In this document: positions 61,459 through 64,000 of the stretch, in pieces | Numbering within the stretch: position 1 is the stretch's first letter | Layout of the letters: each line of letters opens with the position of its first letter | Origin: Phaeosaccion multiseriatum | Taxonomy: Eukaryota; Protista; Ochrophyta, other classes | Reading direction: 5' to 3' | DNA length: 64,000 nucleotides | Assembly (NCBI GenBank): GCA_965112735.1 | Contig: OZ218954.1 | Span: 1,736,001 to 1,800,000, forward strand | The notes under the pieces: model-generated | What the model saw: only the letters and a program-made list of their open reading frames with translations | The model's database searches: none | What the model was told of the DNA's origin: nothing | Made by a program: the position numbers and the translations under genes

Positions 61459-61707
61459 CATGAGAGAACACACCTTTACTAAAATACTGGGACAACGATG
61501 CTCTCAAAGTTGGTGTGTGAGTTTAGCCAAGTTTTATTGGCAAGTTTTAATTTTAAAAAGCATAATGTATGGTGAGACTAAACAAACGTCGAGCCGGCGG
61601 ACTCTGTCCCTCTCTGTTCGCTGCGACAAGACATCCCATCCCCCATCCCGTCGTCGAAAGCCGTCCCATTCAAGTTCGCCCCGACAGGACTGTAGAGGTT
61701 GATACGT

Positions 61708-62004
61708 CACAGTGCGGCCACCGGTAGAGCATTCGGCCCGACTTCGGGCTAGCCCGACATCGGGTCCTGTGGGGACCCAATATCGATATCGGGTCCTGTG
61801 GGGACCCAATATGCGGCTCATAGTACCAGACCTCGGTCCGATCTCGGGCTCTCCCAGCCGACCTCGGACCTCGGTGTACGGCCTTGCCGATGTTGGGCTG
61901 AGCTGATGTCGGTATCCCATGCCCCGCCGACATCGGGGTCTGAGAGACCGATGTCGGGTCGAAAGGGACCGATAGCCCGATAGCGGCTCTTTCTGACCGA
62001 TGTG
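61708..62004. mobile_element. Palindrome-rich element with recurring CCGANNTCGG motifs; possible degenerate MITE
   Basis: Multiple CCGACATCGG/CCGATGTCGG/CCGACCTCGG motifs, a 25-bp direct repeat (61759-61783, 61788-61812), loose CACA...TGTG termini; no clear TSD. Confidence 0.5.
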
Positions 62005-62561
62005 TCAGGGGGGGGTGGTGCAAGGGCTAAAGGGAAAGGACGGAGGGAGGCAGCAGCGAGTGGGAGAGACGCAGGGAGTGGGAGAGAGGGAGGGGGGTAG
62101 GGGGGAGGGAGGGAGGGAGGGAGGGAGGGAGGGAGGATTCGAGAGGATGAAGGTCACGCAGGGAGTGGGGGAGGGAGGGAGGGAGGGAGGGGGGGTGGGA
62201 GGAAGAGAGGGAGGGGGGCAGGGAAGGCGGAGCGCCTCTTACGTCATAACGGGCGTGCAAGAGTTGAGTTTTAGTTTGTTTCTCTCTCTCGAAACTGAAA
62301 CTGAACCTGGACGAAACCACCATGAGCGTGAACGACGAGGAGCAAAGAGGTACGGAATCACATCCCAAATGCTTTGAGGTGGGAAGCAATAGACGAGAGG
62401 AGAAAGAGAGAGTAAAGAGAGAGTGTGCGTGTGCGTGTGTGTGTGAGAGAGAGAGAGAGAAAGAGAGCCGAGGGGACGAGAGAAGGGGAGAAGAGGAGAG
62501 AAAGCCTCCATTGGGTTAGGGGGGGCCAGAGCCCTGGTCCCCAGTAAGCACGAGGGCCCTA

Positions 62562-63123
62562 ATGAAGTCCTCCATACGGGAACCACTCCTCCTCCTCCTC
62601 CTCCTCGTCGTCATCGCGGGCAACTTCGCCGTCGTCTGCAGTCAGAGGTCTTCATCCTTCAACACGTACGCAGCATCAGGGGCAGGAGGGGGAGGACTCG
62701 CCATCGCCATTGGCAGCTCGCTTCCACATCCTCTGGATCACGACGAGGCGCGATACAGCAGCAGCAGCAGCAGCAGTAGTAGTAGCGGGAAGGCCTCTGT
62801 GACGCGCCATCCCCTCTTCCTCCTCCGTGGTGGTGGTGGCGGTGACGGCGGAGCACCGAGAAGCGGAGAGGGCCAGTACCTACCGCCTCACAACGACCCT
62901 AGACTCAAGGCCGTGGTCGCTTCTCTCTCCACGGCCAAGGCCAGGCCGGGCACGGAGAGCAAGCCTTGGTGGGAGGAGACGAGGAGGGGTCGCGGGTCCG
63001 GGCCTTCCTTTCCGGTGACACAGTCACCGCAGGCTCAGCCATCGCTGCTAACACAGCCCTCCACAGCTGACGTCGGCGAGCCCTGGTGGGAAGAAGGCGG
63101 CGGGAAGGCAGCAAAAGGGAGAC

Positions 63124-63163
<40 letters not shown>

Positions 63164-64000
63164 GTCTCTCGCTGCTCGGCAGCAAGCTACCGCAAACGCG
63201 TGGTGGTGCGGCGGCGTGAGCAGTCGCGGCAAAGGAGGGGGTGGTGGTTTAAGCTCCCTTGGCAGCACCCCGACTGCGGCACTCCTGTTGGCCCTGGCCG
63301 CCCCTGCTCTGGTCATAGTCCTCTCGAACTCGGACACAGACTTCGCTGCCGCAGGGCAGAGAGAGAAGGAGAAGGAGCGGAAGCAGAAGCAAAAGCAAAA
63401 GCAGAGAGCTGCTGCAGCAGCAGTGGCAGAAAGCCAGTCAGCGGCACTAGAAAAGGCGAAAGCAAAGGCGGCACAGAGCAGGGCGGCCGAAAGCCAGGCA
63501 GCGGCTCAAGCACGGACCAAGGCAAAGGCGACGCAGAGCAAGGCAGTAGCAGTGGCAGCAGTGCAAGCGGAGAAGGTCCGAGCGGCGGCTGCAAAGCAGT
63601 CCAAGGCCCCAAAGGCCAAGAAAGCCCCCCCTGCCCCCAAGAAGCAGCAGCAGACGCAACGCCCCCCCCCTGCCTCGGCCTTCTCCAAGCCTGTGCCGAC
63701 TCCCTCTGCCGTCAAGAAAATGAGTCCGAAAAGCAAGGCTCGACCTCTATCCCCCCAGGGGAAAGCGCTGAAGGTAAGGAAGGGACCGAACTGATACACT
63801 CCCCGTAATATTGTATCAACCCCCCTCTCCCTACATGATTTGGTGTATAGTCGGCACCCTCCCTCTCTGCCCCCCCACCCGTGCATCTGCTTATTGCGTT
63901 GCTCTCTTCGTCCCCTCCCGTACGGTATCTGCTCCCTCCCCCCGCCCCTCTGAGCAGCACCAATCCGACCTGCGCACAGGGGCCACTCTGCTGGCGGCCG
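62562..64000 (+). CDS. Hypothetical membrane protein with signal peptide, LRGG motif, TM helix and Ala/Lys-rich stalk; runs off the window
   Basis: [27 protein letters not shown] leader, LFLLRGG, AALLLALAAPALVIVL; donor AAG|GTAAGG near 63774. Confidence 0.7.

Overview
Eukaryotic nuclear DNA: GC-rich, many GT-AG introns, extremely microsatellite-rich. Bipartite signal+transit presequences (hemC and others), WRKY19-like Zn-finger repeats and a kinesin-2 suggest a flagellate alga with a complex red plastid, most likely an ochrophyte (inference). About 18 protein genes can be modelled by hand: kinesin-2 (3' end off-window), two Zn-finger/low-complexity proteins, RsmJ-like methyltransferase, choline-phosphate cytidylyltransferase, a signal-peptide-bearing proteasome alpha-2-like subunit, a CPBP/CAAX protease, purF, hemC, a TALE homeobox gene, an AI-2E transporter, a small Zn-ribbon protein, panC, a qRRM protein, a VIT1/CCC1 transporter and several hypotheticals. 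Highlights: (1) a Fanzor/TnpB-type RuvC-ZnF C-terminal module at ~21.1-21.4 kb, bounded by splice signals, carrying the Fanzor-type relocated Glu and followed by hairpin-rich DNA; (2) two presequence-bearing proteins with a ubiquitin-like LRGG motif, one directly before the mature proteasome N-terminus; (3) an intact 477-bp MITE with a 6-bp TSD that copies the rsmJ stop codon; (4) intronic hairpin minisatellites and splice-donor-like microsatellites. Exon boundaries were read by eye, no database searches were run, and most ORF-track entries are microsatellite artefacts.
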